DNA of 64,000 nt from Octopus vulgaris (GCA_951406725.2 OX597817.1:70990001-71054000); one strand, 5' to 3'. Positions 13,595-27,519 are shown, counted from the first letter of the stretch. A program made the numbers and translations. The notes: generated by a model from the letters alone, not told the origin.

Positions 13595-13689
13595 CGCGTG
13601 CGTGTGTCTGTGTGAGTGTGTGTGTGTGTGTGTGTCTGTATGTGTGAGCGTGTGTGCGTATTCTTACGGCTGCGGTCTTGCTCGAGCGC

Positions 13690-14800
13690 CACAGTGATTT
13701 TGCACGTTATATTATGATTCTCCTTCGGCTGATTTTCCTAGAGTGGTGGAGTTTCACAACACTCCTGTACGTACCTTTGTCTCGGCTGTTTGCCCATTTG
13801 GTGTACGAGGGATTTTGACACTGCTGTCCTCGTCTGTACTGCATGTCGGTTTTCGGTTCATCCGGTATAGTGGGGAGAGGACTGTCTAGCGCCTTTTTGA
13901 AAACAACTATGTTTACTTTGTGTAAGTTTATTAGTTTTTGTAGCAGGGGATTAAAGAACTGTGGGGCTTTGAACTCTAAGCTATTTCAGTACTTGGTCCT
14001 GAATTTAGATGGGGTGGATGTTATCTTTGGTACAATACAACAGCGTCTAGTTCGGGCATTTGTATAATATTCAATGCCGAAATTAAGTACTAGCCCTTCC
14101 AGAACTTCCCATATATGTATTATTGCATATCTGTATCTGTCGCGCCTTCGCTCCTGAGATTAAAGTCGTTATTTTTCAACCTCTCCCTGTAAATCATCTA
14201 CTGCATTGTTACAATCTTTTTGGTGTAATGATATTGGACCGCTTCAACCTCCGCTGTTTGTTTGGCACTATAAAGTGACGGTATCAGAGAGTTGTAATCC
14301 AGGCGGCTAAGAACGAAGGTACTCCACAGGATCAACACAACTTTTTGGCCTCTTGCCTTGAAGGACCTTAGTATCCATCATGCCCCTTGTCTGCAGTTTG
14401 TTTCCATCATGGTAATGTGCATATGAAATGATGCATCGTTGCACATACTGATCCCCAAGTCTCTCAGTGCCTGTGACTCTGGTATTACAGTGCCTTCGGG
14501 TCCTGTATATCCAGGCAGGTGTGCATTTGTGAGCTGATAGTGTAGTGCTAGAACTTTTCCAGCATTAAACTGCATGTTGTTTACTTCGGCCCACTTGTAT
14601 ATTGCATTCAGGTCTCGCTGTAAGCTTGCGACATCATCTTGATTTTCTATTGTCTGTGATAATTTTGTATCATCGGCGTAGATAGTAACAGTGGCTGTCT
14701 GAGTGGCCATGAGCATGTCTAAGAGAGCTATTATAAACAGTAATGGCTCTAAAACAGTTCCTTGGGGGATGCCATTTAGAATTTGAGTTTTCTCAGAGAA
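13690..14800 (-). mobile_element. CR1/L2-group LINE 3' fragment (reverse transcriptase)
   Basis: GIPQGTVLEPLLFII, YADDTKL, LQRDLNAIYKWAEVNNMQFNAGK and RDLGI in ORF 14378-14866; degraded continuation towards 13700. Confidence 0.9.
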
Positions 14801-14821
14801 AACACCACACACACACACACA

Positions 14822-14858
<37 letters not shown>

Positions 14859-14869
14859 GCGCACACATA

Positions 14870-15165
14870 GTGGACTCTCCTATCGCAAGCGACAGATAAG
14901 GGTTCTCTGATTTCTTACTGAATAACCTGCATAGAGGATTCACTAATAATGATCAAATGTTTGTACATTAGCTCACTCCCCTCCATCAAATCGACGATTA
15001 TTGTACAGGTGCACGGTGTGCCACAAGTAAAATGTCGAAGCGCTCACAGAACAACGTGAAATACAATGTGTTGCACTAGAAAACAACGCAACGCCCGGCC
15101 CGGGGATAGAAACCACCATCTTGCGAACTTGAGTGTATCACCCTATCCACTAGGTCATGCATCCT
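14870..15165 (-). mobile_element. tRNA-headed SINE family C (diverged)
   Basis: Minus strand tgacctagtggatagggtg...ggtttctatccccgggccgggcgttg, similar to the head of 26841-27006. Confidence 0.6.
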
Positions 15166-15187
15166 CATAAACATATATATAGAGAAA

Positions 15188-15595
15188 GTAGGAGTGGATG
15201 TGTGGTAAGTAGCTTGCTCACCAACCTCATGGTTTCGGGTTCAGTCCCACTGCGTAGTACCTTGGGCAAGTGTTTTCTACTATAGCCTCGGGCCGACAAA
15301 AGCCTTGAGTGGATTTGTGCGATAGAAACTGAAAGAAGCCCATTGTATATATGTATATATATATATTCATATATATGTGTGTGCATATATGTTTGTGTTT
15401 CTGTGTTTGTCCCCCAACATCGCTTGACAACTAGTGCTGGTGTGTTAACGTCCCCGTAACTTAGCGGTTTGGCAAAAGAGACCGAAAGAATAAGTACTAG
15501 GCTTACAAAGGATAAGTCCTGGAGTTGATTTGCTCGACTAAAGGCGGTGCTCCAGCATGGCCACAGTCAAATGACTGAAACAAAAGAGTAAACGA
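15188..15595 (+). mobile_element. SINE family B, full length
   Basis: ggagtggatgtgtggtaagtagcttgc...gggttcagtcccactgcg...gactgaaacaaaagagtaaa. Confidence 0.9.
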
Positions 15596-15640
<45 letters not shown>

Positions 15641-15641
<1 letters not shown>

Positions 15642-16129
15642 TAGCAGTATCGCCCGGCGTTGCTCGGGTTTGTAAGGGAAATAACTATATAAGCATTTTT
15701 AGAGAGTTACTTCCTCTATATATGCCAATTCGGGCTTTCTTAGCCATTTCTGTTTTGGTGTCTTCAAGCCATGAAGTCGTTGTTCTAAAAGAACGCTGGT
15801 CTCCTTGACAACGCATTACGACGTTGATTTCCTTAAACTCCCTTCCCCACAGCTTCACGAGGGAGGGAAGAAGGGGGAGAAGCAAACACAGGTGCAGATG
15901 TTTGAGCGTGGACGCCAACTCCGCCGCCATCGACACACGAAAAATTGTGCATTAAAATGGAATAAAAAATGATGTTAAATTATTTTTAAAATCGTAGACT
16001 CATCGTAGACGCGCGCTAATAGCCAGACGGGCTCGATATTAATCACGACTATAAGATACCCGAATTTGGTTAAATGTGGGAGGAGTTAGGAATCTAAATC
16101 GTAGGAGACAGACACTCACACAACTACAG

Positions 16130-16140
<11 letters not shown>
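15641..16140 (-). mobile_element. Non-autonomous Helitron in (TA)n
   Basis: Minus-strand 3' end cccgagcaacgccggg hairpin + cgatactg + CTAG|T; 5' end tatataatactgtagttgtgtgagtgtctgtc. Confidence 0.8.
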
Positions 16141-16182
<42 letters not shown>

Positions 16183-16584
16183 TCAATATCAGGGTAGCAA
16201 AAAATTCAATAGAAATTTTTTCGCCACCAGCAGTCTAGTGAGAAAGAAAAAATAGTCAACAGACTATATAATGTACATTCAACAATAATATTAAGGAATG
16301 GCCTTAATAGGCTATTCAACTCACTAAAACGAACAGCCAAACTCAAACCGCTAAATAGTAGTAATTCAGAAATAAAAGGAAAATTAAAAACATTTACCCT
16401 TATATTTGCCGCTGATAAGTTGGCGTGATGACGGTAGATTTTGAAAATTTAGAGTATATATTCCCAAGGCATCGATGCTGTTGCCTCGTGGAATATATAT
16501 TCCTCCTGGCTTCTTTGCCGATGAGACGGGCCCGTGGTAAATTGACTTGATTAAATTAAATTTAATTTAATTTAATTAGGCTGG

Positions 16585-17958
16585 TGTAGTGAGTGCGCGA
16601 TTTGAATATAGAGGCACCTACCTTCTCTTCGTAGTGACGGAGACCCTCCAGAGATGACTAGTCCTTCCTCACAGCCCCGACCCGAACACTAACGATAGCA
16701 GCTGCTAGCCCAAACCCTTAGCGACGTCCTCGCACGTCTTGTCACCTGCACGACCCACGTTGGAAAGGGCGATTTCCGCTCCCTGCGCACGCCTGACAGC
16801 TGACCCCTTCCGCTTGCCCCGCTTCCGGTCAACGCACCCGGCTGCTGACGTCCAGCTGCTGACGTCATCCCACACGCCACCCTGATCTTAAAGATCACAA
16901 TCTCTCCGCTCCATGTTGTAGTCTACCATCCAACCGGGAGAGCGCCTTGCTCGTCGAGATCTTCTCAAGCTGGGCTCCTCATTCTCCCCCTCTCCAGAAT
17001 CATCGTCCGTCGAAGCAACAATCCTGCGAAGGTCCAAGACGTGTCGTGGTGTTCCATCTACGGATACGTTGCTTCTGGAATTGATCGCCGTCACCGTTCC
17101 TCTGCTCCATTGAGACGTACAGCGCGCCTTTGGTGGCTTGACCCAGACTTCCTCCCCTATTTTCACGCGAACGGGTCCCTTCTTTCCTCGTGACCATCCG
17201 GCGCTTTGCTCGGGTGCCTCCATTCATATTTGAACACAGCTCTCTGCGGCACAGATTCCTCAGCCTGTCCGGATCGGGGAGACAAGTTGTACCAAAAAAC
17301 TGCTTCAAGCGGCGAAATGTGCCCTCTTTCCGCTATGGCCTTGACTGTCCGATGGTGCCTCTCCACGATCCCGTTACCGCCTGGCCTATACGCTGCTCTG
17401 AACAAGCGTCGCTCTATATTCTCATCGCTGAGCCGTTCCTCTTCATCCATCTCTAGGTAGAGCGACAACGCGCTCCCTTCCAAATACAGCGCCATAAGAC
17501 TCGCCACGTCGCTTATGCCCTGCAGTCTCGCCACCAGCCTGATTTTGCGAATCCAGGCCACTACATCGCCTTCGCCGTTAAAAGGTCTGACGACGTCACT
17601 GGCGATCCTAATTTTTGCAGACATCGTGTTGAAAAAAATGTGAATGTTTACGAACGGCCGAAATAGCTTGTAGTGAGTGCGCGATTTGAATATAGAGGCA
17701 CCTACCTTCTCTTCGTAGTGACGGAGACCCTCCAGAGATGACTAGTCCTTCCTCACAGCCCCGACCCGAACACTAACGATAGCAGCTGCTAGCCCAAACC
17801 CTTAGCGACGTCCTCGCCCCTCTTGTCACCTGCACGACCCACGTTGGAAAGGGCGATTTCCGCTCCCTGCGCACGCCTGACAGCTGACCCCTTCCGCTTG
17901 CCCCGCTTCCGGTCAACGCACCCGGCTGCTGACGTCCAGCTGCTGACGTCATCCCACA
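16585..17958 (-). mobile_element. Young internally deleted Gypsy-type LTR retrotransposon (1374 bp)
   Basis: Two 290-bp TG...CA LTRs (16585-16874, 17669-17958) differing at 2 positions by eye; 5-bp TSD GCTGG (16580-84, 17959-63); purine-rich tract next to the 3' LTR. Confidence 0.95.
17163..17624 (-). CDS. Gag N-terminus fused in frame to integrase C-terminal half (deletion product)
   Basis: PFNGEGDVVAWIRK...LYLEGSALSLYLEM (gag-like) joined to AYRPGGNGIVERHHRTVK...YNLSPR (integrase); remaining integrase tail GEEVWVKPP...RHVLDLR in the next frame (16888-17223). Confidence 0.75.
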   Translation of the reverse strand: MSAKIRIASDVVRPFNGEGDVVAWIRKIRLVARLQGISDVASLMALYLEGSALSLYLEMDEEERLSDENIERRLFRAAYRPGGNGIVERHHRTVKAIAERGHISPLEAVFWYNLSPRSGQAEESVPQRAVFKYEWRHPSKAPDGHEERRDPFA

Positions 17959-18129
17959 GCTGGTTTGCAAAAAAGTACGTCAAAACTATGCATAGTCCAA
18001 AGATGATAAGGGTAAATGTTTTTAATTTTCCTTTGATTTCTGAATTACTACTATTTAGCGGTTTGAGTTTGGCTGTTCATTTTAGTGAGTTGAATGGCCT
18101 ATTAAGGCCATTCCTTAATATTATTGTTG

Positions 18130-18179
<50 letters not shown>

Positions 18180-18218
18180 TCTTTTACTCTTTTACACCAC
18201 TAGTGGTTTTATCTCTAA

Positions 18219-18265
<47 letters not shown>

Positions 18266-18384
18266 ATCAGTACAAACAAGGCACCAACGTTTACTGGAAA
18301 TAGCAGTCGATAAATATATATAAAAAAGAGAGAAACGGTGACAGACAACAAGAGGGAGAGAGAGAGAGAGAGAGCAAGTAAACA

Positions 18385-18433
<49 letters not shown>

Positions 18434-18859
18434 GCTATCTATCTATCTGTGTAGCAGCTAGATAAATAGTCGCATTGATTACCAGACAGCAAACAAGTGT
18501 GATAGGTAAACAGATAGACAGAAACAAACCAACGGATTAAATTAAATGAGTAGAAATGCTTGGGAGATGGGCAAATATTATACGGCTTTGTAATACGAAA
18601 AGTATCATCAGGAGAAAATTAACAGATGGCATAAATAAGAATTTGTCAATATACCATTAGTGATAGAAATCAGGTCAGTGTATTATATGTCAGTTTAATA
18701 TCTTCGATATCGAAAAGCGTGGAAATTCTTGTGGTGTGTCAATAATGGCTAATGCCGATATTGGTTAGATCCTGTGATAATGTGGAGCACAGACCTGATA
18801 GCTAGAGTGACAGAGGATATGCAGTCAGATGGAGTATGGGAGTAAAGGGCGGATGCATT

Positions 18860-18925
<66 letters not shown>

Positions 18926-19083
18926 GTTCTTGAATGTATATATGTATGTAGATATTTAGGCATAGCTGTGTGACTATATACACGCGTATGCAACACACTC
19001 ATATACATACATATACATAAGTGTGAAAAGTATGTATGTATGTATGTATGTATGTATGTATGTATGTATGTATGTATGTGTGT

Positions 19084-19114
<31 letters not shown>

Positions 19115-19310
19115 CATACACATATATACATATATATATACACATATATATATATATATATATATAATATATCTATGTATGCATATATATGCATGTATGT
19201 ATACACATATGTGGTTATGTAGATATCAAAATTTGTTTATATATATATATATATGTGTGTCTGATGTGTGTATATGTATATATATATATGTATGCATGTC
19301 TGTATATATG

Positions 19311-19351
<41 letters not shown>

Positions 19352-19432
19352 CACATGTATGTATACATTATAAGCTAGCATATATCCTAAATAGATCTGA
19401 AGCTAGATATAATATGAGATTAGTGCATAGAC

Positions 19433-19479
<47 letters not shown>

Positions 19480-19967
19480 CAGACAAATAGTATATAAATC
19501 GATAAATCATTAAATCGAGAAACGATAAATGGACGTATTATACACACACGCTTAAATGAATGAGCGTACTTATATACGAATACATATACATACATGCACA
19601 CAGACATACGCACGCACACATATAAATAAATATATGCATATACGTACACACGCACACATACACATATACAAGCTAAAATTGCACAGTTACCTAGGTTAGT
19701 ATTCCTAGATAAATATTGTATATTTTCTATATGAGCTTTCTTGGACTTCCTTTCTTCTCCTTTATTTAAATCGCAGAGACTTAAAGTTGTAGCACCGACT
19801 ACCTGTTGATTCATTGTTTGCAATTAGTAAATAAATATTTCACTGCAGACGAAAATTGCACTGCTTTTTGTATATGTGTGTGTGTGCGTGTGGACATATA
19901 CAAGTAACCGCGTGTGTATCGTTGGCGATTTTCTTCCTCCGTCATCCCTTTCTTTGGACTTTCCTCT

Positions 19968-20002
19968 ACTTCTGAAGAAGAGCAAGGCTCGAAACGTTAA
20001 AT
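19968..20002 (+). ncRNA. Minimal hammerhead ribozyme motif
   Basis: CTGAAGA-A-GAGC(aag)GCTC-GAAA-CG-TT; stem I weak; followed by a diverged version of the family tail to ~20100. Confidence 0.6.
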
Positions 20003-20119
20003 CCTCTTTCCTTCCTTTCCTGAGCGCCTGATAAGACAGTACGTGTGCCACGTCCTCGCGTTATTGTTTTTTCTTGTTTGTTCTTCTTTGTTTGGATTCA
20101 CTACATACATATATAGATG

Positions 20120-20168
<49 letters not shown>

Positions 20169-20288
20169 GTGTGTGTGTGTGTATGTGTCTACGTCTGTAT
20201 ATTCATATGTATGTATATATATGCATACATATTCATATGTACATATATACATACACTGACACAAGCACACACATAGATATTGCTTAGT

Positions 20289-20612
20289 CGACCACGGCGA
20301 AATTTGAACTCAGAACGTAAAGACAGACAAAATACTGCTAAGTATTTCACCCGGCGTGCTAACGATTCTGCCAGCTCGCCGCACTTAGTGTGAAAAATAT
20401 TCTTTTCTACACTAGGCACAAGGCCTGAAATTTTTTGAGAGGGGGCCAGTCGATTAGATCGACCCCAGTACGCAACTGGTACTTAATTTATCGACTCCGA
20501 AAGGATGAAAGGCAAAGTCGACTTCAGCGAAATTTGAACTCAGAACGTAAAGACAGATGAAATACCGCTAAGCATTTCGCCCGGCGTGCTAACGTTTCTG
20601 CCAGCTCGCCAT
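20289..20612 (-). mobile_element. Two SINE A copies
   Basis: ttctgccagctcgcc heads at ~20380 and ~20610; aatttgaactcagaacg in both. Confidence 0.85.
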
Positions 20613-20649
20613 CTTTGGTGTGCAAAATATTACCACCAGAATTCTAATT

Positions 20650-21700
20650 TCGACAACTACCGTTATACTTTCTCAGTCATGTGTTTGTTTTTTTATTGTG
20701 ACAAATTAGTGTTATATGTATTCAATTGTTAATCGAGTATTTTTGTAGAGCAGTTCCATTGTTCTTTACTATTTTTCTACCTAGTTTTGATTTGTGTTGT
20801 ATGCTATAGTCCTTGTTGTAAGTGTACGGTAGAAGGCGAGAAAATATCGTACATATATGGTCAATATAACAGTTGAAGTCGTAATATTTGCAACTTTCAT
20901 GTTTGCAATTGAATTTATAAGCCACATTAATAATTTGTAGCTTATTTGCGAGTTTACTTATTTGACGTTTGTTCTTGACAAAAAAGAAAAAAAGAACTTA
21001 GTGGGTTTTGTAGTATAGTATAAGTCTTAATTTATTGTCTGGTATTCTGGATTTTGTGCTTTATTTTACAAGGGTTGGATATGGTTCTCACCATAGTTTA
21101 TGCATTTAGAATTGATGTAGTGTCTCATTATAATATGAAAAGAAATACTATATAGCATATACAGAATACTTGTTATACTCTATTTCTTTTTGCATTGTTC
21201 CATAGCTCGGTTTGTTTGTTATTGGAATAAGCGCCGTTGATTAGTGTTTGTTTTACTCTAAATATCTTTAGACAGTGCTTCGCTTGCGGAAGTGAATCGA
21301 AATCCTCTTCTAAGAAGGGATTTTACAACTGATATTTTGTAACTTTGTAGACATTTGCTGTCTCCATGTTCGTATGTCCTTGTGTATTTATTGTCAAGAA
21401 ACGTGATGTATCTGCTGTTTTCTCCCTGAATATAATATCTACAAATGGATTCATTGTATCGATTGTCGAGAATTTTCTTTCTTCCATCCCGGACACTGAA
21501 CTTTAATATGGAATTAGTCTCTAAGGTCTCTCTTTAATTTCTCATCGTTTTTCAATCACTCTGTGACGACAAATATATTGTCCTCACAACTGACGTCTGA
21601 CGTGTATACATTTGTACTGATTTGTTTTCTACTGTAGTCACATAGAAAGCTACAGAGTGAGGGAGAGAGGGGGGGGCAACAAACAGAGACAGAGATATCT
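20650..21700 (-). mobile_element. Decayed Penelope-like element (RT C-half + GIY-YIG)
   Basis: Fragments ETNSILKFSV, PFVDII, SKCLQSYKISVVKSLLRR and AYKFNCKHESCK...YIDHICTIFSR in PLE order. Confidence 0.6.
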
Positions 21701-21809
21701 TACAACTACGAAAAATGTGAATAATAATACGCATAGCTTTTTCTAATTTTCGTATCAGAATATTCGTTTATTGATTTCAAATTTTGACGCCAGTAAGGAC
21801 ACCAAGTTC

Positions 21810-22170
21810 GGGGGAGAGGGTAAATCGATTGCATTGATCCCTGTATTCAACTGGTACTTATTTCATCGACCATGTAAGGAATAAACAGCCAAGTAGACCT
21901 CGGCGGAATTTGAACTCAGGAAGTAAAGACGGACGAAATACCTATTTCTTTACTGCCCACAAGGGGCTATACACAGTGGGGACAAACAAGGACAGACAAA
22001 CGGATTAAGTCGATTATATCGACCCCAGTGCGTCACTGGTACTTATCTAATCGACCCCGAAAGGATGAAAAGCAAAGTTGCCCTTGGCGGAATTTGAACT
22101 CAGAACGTAACGGCAGACGAAATGCTGCTAAGCATTTTACCCGGCATGCTAACGATTCTGCCAGCTCGCC
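21810..22170 (-). mobile_element. SINE A dimer
   Basis: Full copy joined through aaagaaatagg|tatttcgtc to a headless second body. Confidence 0.85.
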
Positions 22171-23009
22171 ATTGGACCATAGTAAAAGACTAACTTCAAG
22201 GAATTTAGTCGGCCATATTGACTTCAGAACTAATTTCAGTCTGGTTATATTTTATAGATCTATATTTATAGAGTGGCCAAATTCAATTCATGGACAGAAA
22301 CAGCAACGGAGCGAAGCCAAAGCAAAACCAAAAATTGCCCAGGCTCCCAGCAGTCTTGATCGAATTCTAAAATCTAATCTTAATGTGATCCTGTAATACT
22401 CCATTCTTTCCATCTTCAAGATTTTATTTTCGCTGAGGTCATGTTTTTCTCTATGTATTTCCGTTTTAGACATCGCCAATTTATCACTGTCGTGTGTTTG
22501 TTCTACATCAATTTGCTAAACAAGAATTAGCGGGTAAGTACCGCTGATAATATCTTTCCTAGCTTTACATTTTATTTCTTCTGTGTTTTATTTTGGGAGA
22601 TTTCTATAATTTTTTTTTTTCCAGAATTTCATCATTCCATAGTTTTCCATATATATTGAATAGACTCATTCATTTTGCAACAGACCAGCGTAGTCGATAC
22701 ATTAACTTTGCTACGACCCTTCTGATTAACTTCCCTTATCACTATTATCATCTTTTTGGAAGTTATTCTACTAGCCACCTCCTGCTCATTCTTGTATCAT
22801 TTATTTACCACTGTTATAGTCTACAAATACACGTTTTGCAGCCTAGTGAGATACATCCTCATTTTATGAATGATGTTACTCTACAGTGGGCTCATATCTT
22901 CTCATATTGTCATTTGTTAGCACAAAAAATCTTCACTCTTTTTGTTCGTCGGTTGCAAGTAAAGTGGTTTCCATGACCTAGACATCAATATTTTGAAACT
23001 GACCTTTTT

Positions 23010-23260
23010 CCATTACATTTCTGACAGATTCAGTGCTGTGGTGCTGAAGCAGAAATATCGTTATAGCAAATATTCTGCCCAATACCACAGATTTGCTTGT
23101 CAGTTGTTTGACCATAACCACTTGGGCATGTCCATTTGTGGCTGACAGTATGTACATCTCTGCTCATGAGCATGAGTATTGGGGAAGCTTCATACCCATA
23201 TGTTGAGACGAATTCTTTGGGGTGTGAATGTTTGTAACAACAGCAAAGGCTGAAGGAAAT
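23010..23260. repeat. Interspersed repeat of unknown class (second copy 45035-45465)
   Basis: aaatattctgc(c/t)caataccacagatttgcttgtcagtt...gaccataacca shared. Confidence 0.75.
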
Positions 23261-24149
23261 AGCCATTTTTCATATTTTCAAGGTGTTAGCAAATAGGAAA
23301 TAGCAGTTGCTACCCAAGGGCAAAAGTCGTGTTACGCAGTGTTATTAAAGAGCTTAATTAGCTTGTTTTATGAACATTGGATTTTTCGGGCAATTAAAAT
23401 AGTTTTTGAGCAAATCTTAGATTCGACCTCAATCCTCCTTCGAAAAATTGTATCCATATGTTCATATGTGCTACTGTTATTTTGTGCTCTTCTCGTCTTT
23501 TCTCTTCCCCTTGCAGGCAGTTTTGTCTGTTAGGATAGTATGCTGAATATGCAGAAGTTACCCTAACCCGACTAGTTGGTTCTTGTTATCTTCTCTCCGC
23601 GATTCTCTCTCACAATAAGTATAATATAACTGCTTTTTTAGAGTGAATGTAACTTAAACGTTTTCTGAGATAGAATAATACAATTACTTCATTGTAAAAA
23701 TAATGATTGTTTATTTAATAAAGGAATGTGATAATAATGTTTGTTTATTTTTAGTGGTTAGTGACTATTGTTAGGTTTCTTAATGCATCAAGCTACTGTG
23801 TTAGTAGACCATTTGTCAACAAAGACATCTATCAACATTCTATTAATTCTTCGTTGTTGATTCAATATATTATAGTCACATGACAATTCATTAGAAAGTG
23901 ACTTGCAGCAGCTACAAAAGATATTGAGCAATTTTCATTCCAAAGATCGACAAAGCATCAACTTCTGTAGAATCAAAATATTCTGATAATGTCTATAGGC
24001 TCAACGCATTCTGATTCATTAGATTTAGGTGACACAAGCAACAGCAAAAGCAGAAGGACAAGTAGCCAAGTTGCCTTGTGATCAGGAATCGCTAAACCTT
24101 TCGCTTGGAAAGACGTAATTAAGTGCCAAAGCTGATGTTGTGAAGACAC

Positions 24150-25790
24150 TTGCAGTTTGGTAGAATCCCACTAATATTAGTAGAATTCATAATGATGAGC
24201 CCACTCAGCTGCAGCTGAGAAAATATTTTCACAAACATTGTTCAACTGTTCAACTTACATCATCCTATATTCAATCCACAATTTAGAACATTGTTTCTTT
24301 TGTACAAATTTTGTACAAAATCTAGTACATTGTCTTTTTTTTATTCCAGCATTTCTCAAACGAATCACAAACAGTAAATGAACTGACATTCATAAAGTCA
24401 GGTTTTTCTTTCATCAGAAGCATCTTGCTGAGCAAAAGAGTGCTTTGGCTATTCATCAAAAATCCCGATCGATATCATAGCTGTTTCTGTGTGGAGAAAC
24501 TACCAAAAACTTTAAAAGAAGGAATATATTTGTGCTCTCGACGGCCAAGGAAGCTCATATGAAGGAAGTTTGTGAAAATAAACCCAAGTTAACCGTTTTT
24601 TGTTTATTTTACGATTAATGACACCGAAACTGATTCCTCAGAAAGGAGAAGAATGAACATGGTGGACAAGGACATAACAATGGGCGAGAGATAACTTGTC
24701 CGATATTGAAATACTACTTTATCAACAAGAAGCAAATAATGAATGTAACCAATATGCAAAATGGATCACGATATATTTTCTGAATGAATTTCTTTCATCA
24801 TAGATTCAGTAATCAAAACAGAAATAGTTCTAGAAAAGGTTATTGAATATCGAGTAACTTCCGAATAAGACCCTGCTTTGCTTCTACACATTATCTGTGC
24901 TGAATTCTCTTGGTGTCGACGCCCAGTTATATGTTAATTTAAGCTACTTTGGTACCTCAATTACGAGTGTGAAGTGTGAAGTGCCTGGTGTCCGCAGCCA
25001 CATCTAATAACTAGACCTCGTAATGTAAAGGAGACGGGAAAATATTCTGCTGTACTGTAAGCAACTCCACTTCTTGGCTTAATCCAAAGTATGTTCTGTA
25101 TACGTTGGATCTGTCAGCATGCATCCTGTTAGGCATCATGTTTTGCATTGTACGCATCCATTTAATTTTGAACATTCTGACGCATTTCAGTGAAGATACC
25201 AAGACAAATTTGAGGCTAAGTCATTTCTGTTATTTGGGTCTGCAAATATTTGTGTCCTCTTCTTTGAATGAATTTTGAGGTAAATCAAGTTACTGACAAA
25301 TTTGCGTTAACTTGCTTTGCTGGATATGAATGACACAAATGAAGTGATATCCAATTGTATTAGTGAACTTTACATGAAGCTAACTAGCTGAACGACGAAA
25401 GCTAGCATTACACCAATGAAATTACTAGCCAAGGAACTTATTAAGTGTAACCAGTTTATTCTGGAGAATTAAAAACGGCGAAGCAAGTTGCTGCGACATT
25501 TGGAGAACTCACTGGTCAATGATGAAATGTTATTGGAAGCTTGTAGAAAAGTAATGAAAATCCACTCACTGATTTTCATCAAGAGACTTTCATTACTGTT
25601 TTAGATCAGGTTTACTCAGAGTTTTGAAGCCAATTTTCAGCCGAATACTGAATATATCGAAGAGACTTTCATGTTTTTGTTTCTTTATCATGCACAGCGC
25701 AAAAAGAAGTAACTACAGGTAAATATCTAACAGATTTACGGCCCCTGGCCTCCAGAATTAACCTGTGGATTGAAATAGGCTTAGTCGCAT
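24150..25790 (+). mobile_element. Heavily decayed hAT-like transposase
   Basis: Scattered peptides FIKSGFS, AIHQKS, LDQVYSEF*SQF and LSCTAQK in the order expected for zinc finger to dimerisation domain; many stops. Confidence 0.4.
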
Positions 25791-26010
25791 TTTTTTCTGT
25801 CTTTCTCATATTGCAAGAGACTTCAGAGCATAGCCACACTGGCTAATGCATATCCTAATTAAACAGGTTCAAATATTGTAAAATTTGTTTTTCTTCAAGC
25901 TCACTTAAGAGCTATTTCTTAGATGAAATCAGTGATGACATGTATATGAATGTTTGTATTATGCCAATAAATGAGTGAATGTGTATGCACATATGTCTGT
26001 AAGTATATAT

Positions 26011-26076
<66 letters not shown>

Positions 26077-26229
26077 GTATATATATATATATATAGTACA
26101 ACACAACATACACAGTGGTACACACATATGCTTTATTTACACACACACACACAAAATTCAACAAAATCTGTTACTCTGTGTTTGTGTGTTGTGTGTTCAT
26201 CAGATATATATTATATATATAGAATATTA

Positions 26230-26272
<43 letters not shown>

Positions 26273-26278
26273 CACACA

Positions 26279-26373
<95 letters not shown>

Positions 26374-26840
26374 GTATTTATATATACATATATACATACA
26401 TACATATATGCATGCATGTATGTATGTATGTATGTATGTATGTTTGTTTAAGATGAGGAACTTTATGAGGTAAGGAAGAGATAAGCAACTAAATTAAATG
26501 AAATTAGAAAGCAAAACACTTGATGGAAGGAGACCAGAAATATGAAGCAAAGTAATCTGAGAATGTGTACGATAGAATTAAACATCTGCAATGAAGCTAA
26601 ATACAATAGTAAGTGGCATAGAAGTGAGTATTACGTTTCGAGTTAAACATTTTATCAAAGAGAAGTAAAAGAAATAAGAGATACGAGAGAAACAATGCTT
26701 AAGTTTTTACAATGTGTATGTGTGTGTGTATATATACAAACAGTGTTTGTATATATATATATATTTTTTTTATTTTTTTATTTTTTTTTTTTGTACTTGT
26801 TTCAGTCATTTGACTGCGGCCATGCTGGAGCACCGCCTTT

Positions 26841-27162
<322 letters not shown>

Positions 27163-27477
27163 ATTAATGTAAAAAATGAATAAGGCTGAATAAGCAAATT
27201 AACACCAAATATATAGTGTGTGTGTTTTTATTGGCTAAACTGGCAACATGACCATCCCTAATTACAACAATATATATACACACACATACACACACTTATA
27301 TATTTATATGTGGATTTATTATAGGATTCATAAGGAACTTGGCACATGAAGACATACGACGGCTAGAAATGGTAAGGTAGGTTCACTTTGAGGGAAAGCC
27401 ACCACGAAGGTATCGTGTGTGAGTGCACATCTGTAGTAAATTTCAAACCCCATACATTTATAGATATCTAGATGTGA

Positions 27478-27519
<42 letters not shown>

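Larger units (their letters stand above)
16180..18135. mobile_element. Putative PLE fold-back terminus (arms 16277-16404 / 18007-18132) split by an LTR element
   Basis: Arms are near-identical reverse complements; hammerhead halves at 16513-16528 and 17978-18002; flanked by (TA)n. Confidence 0.75.
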
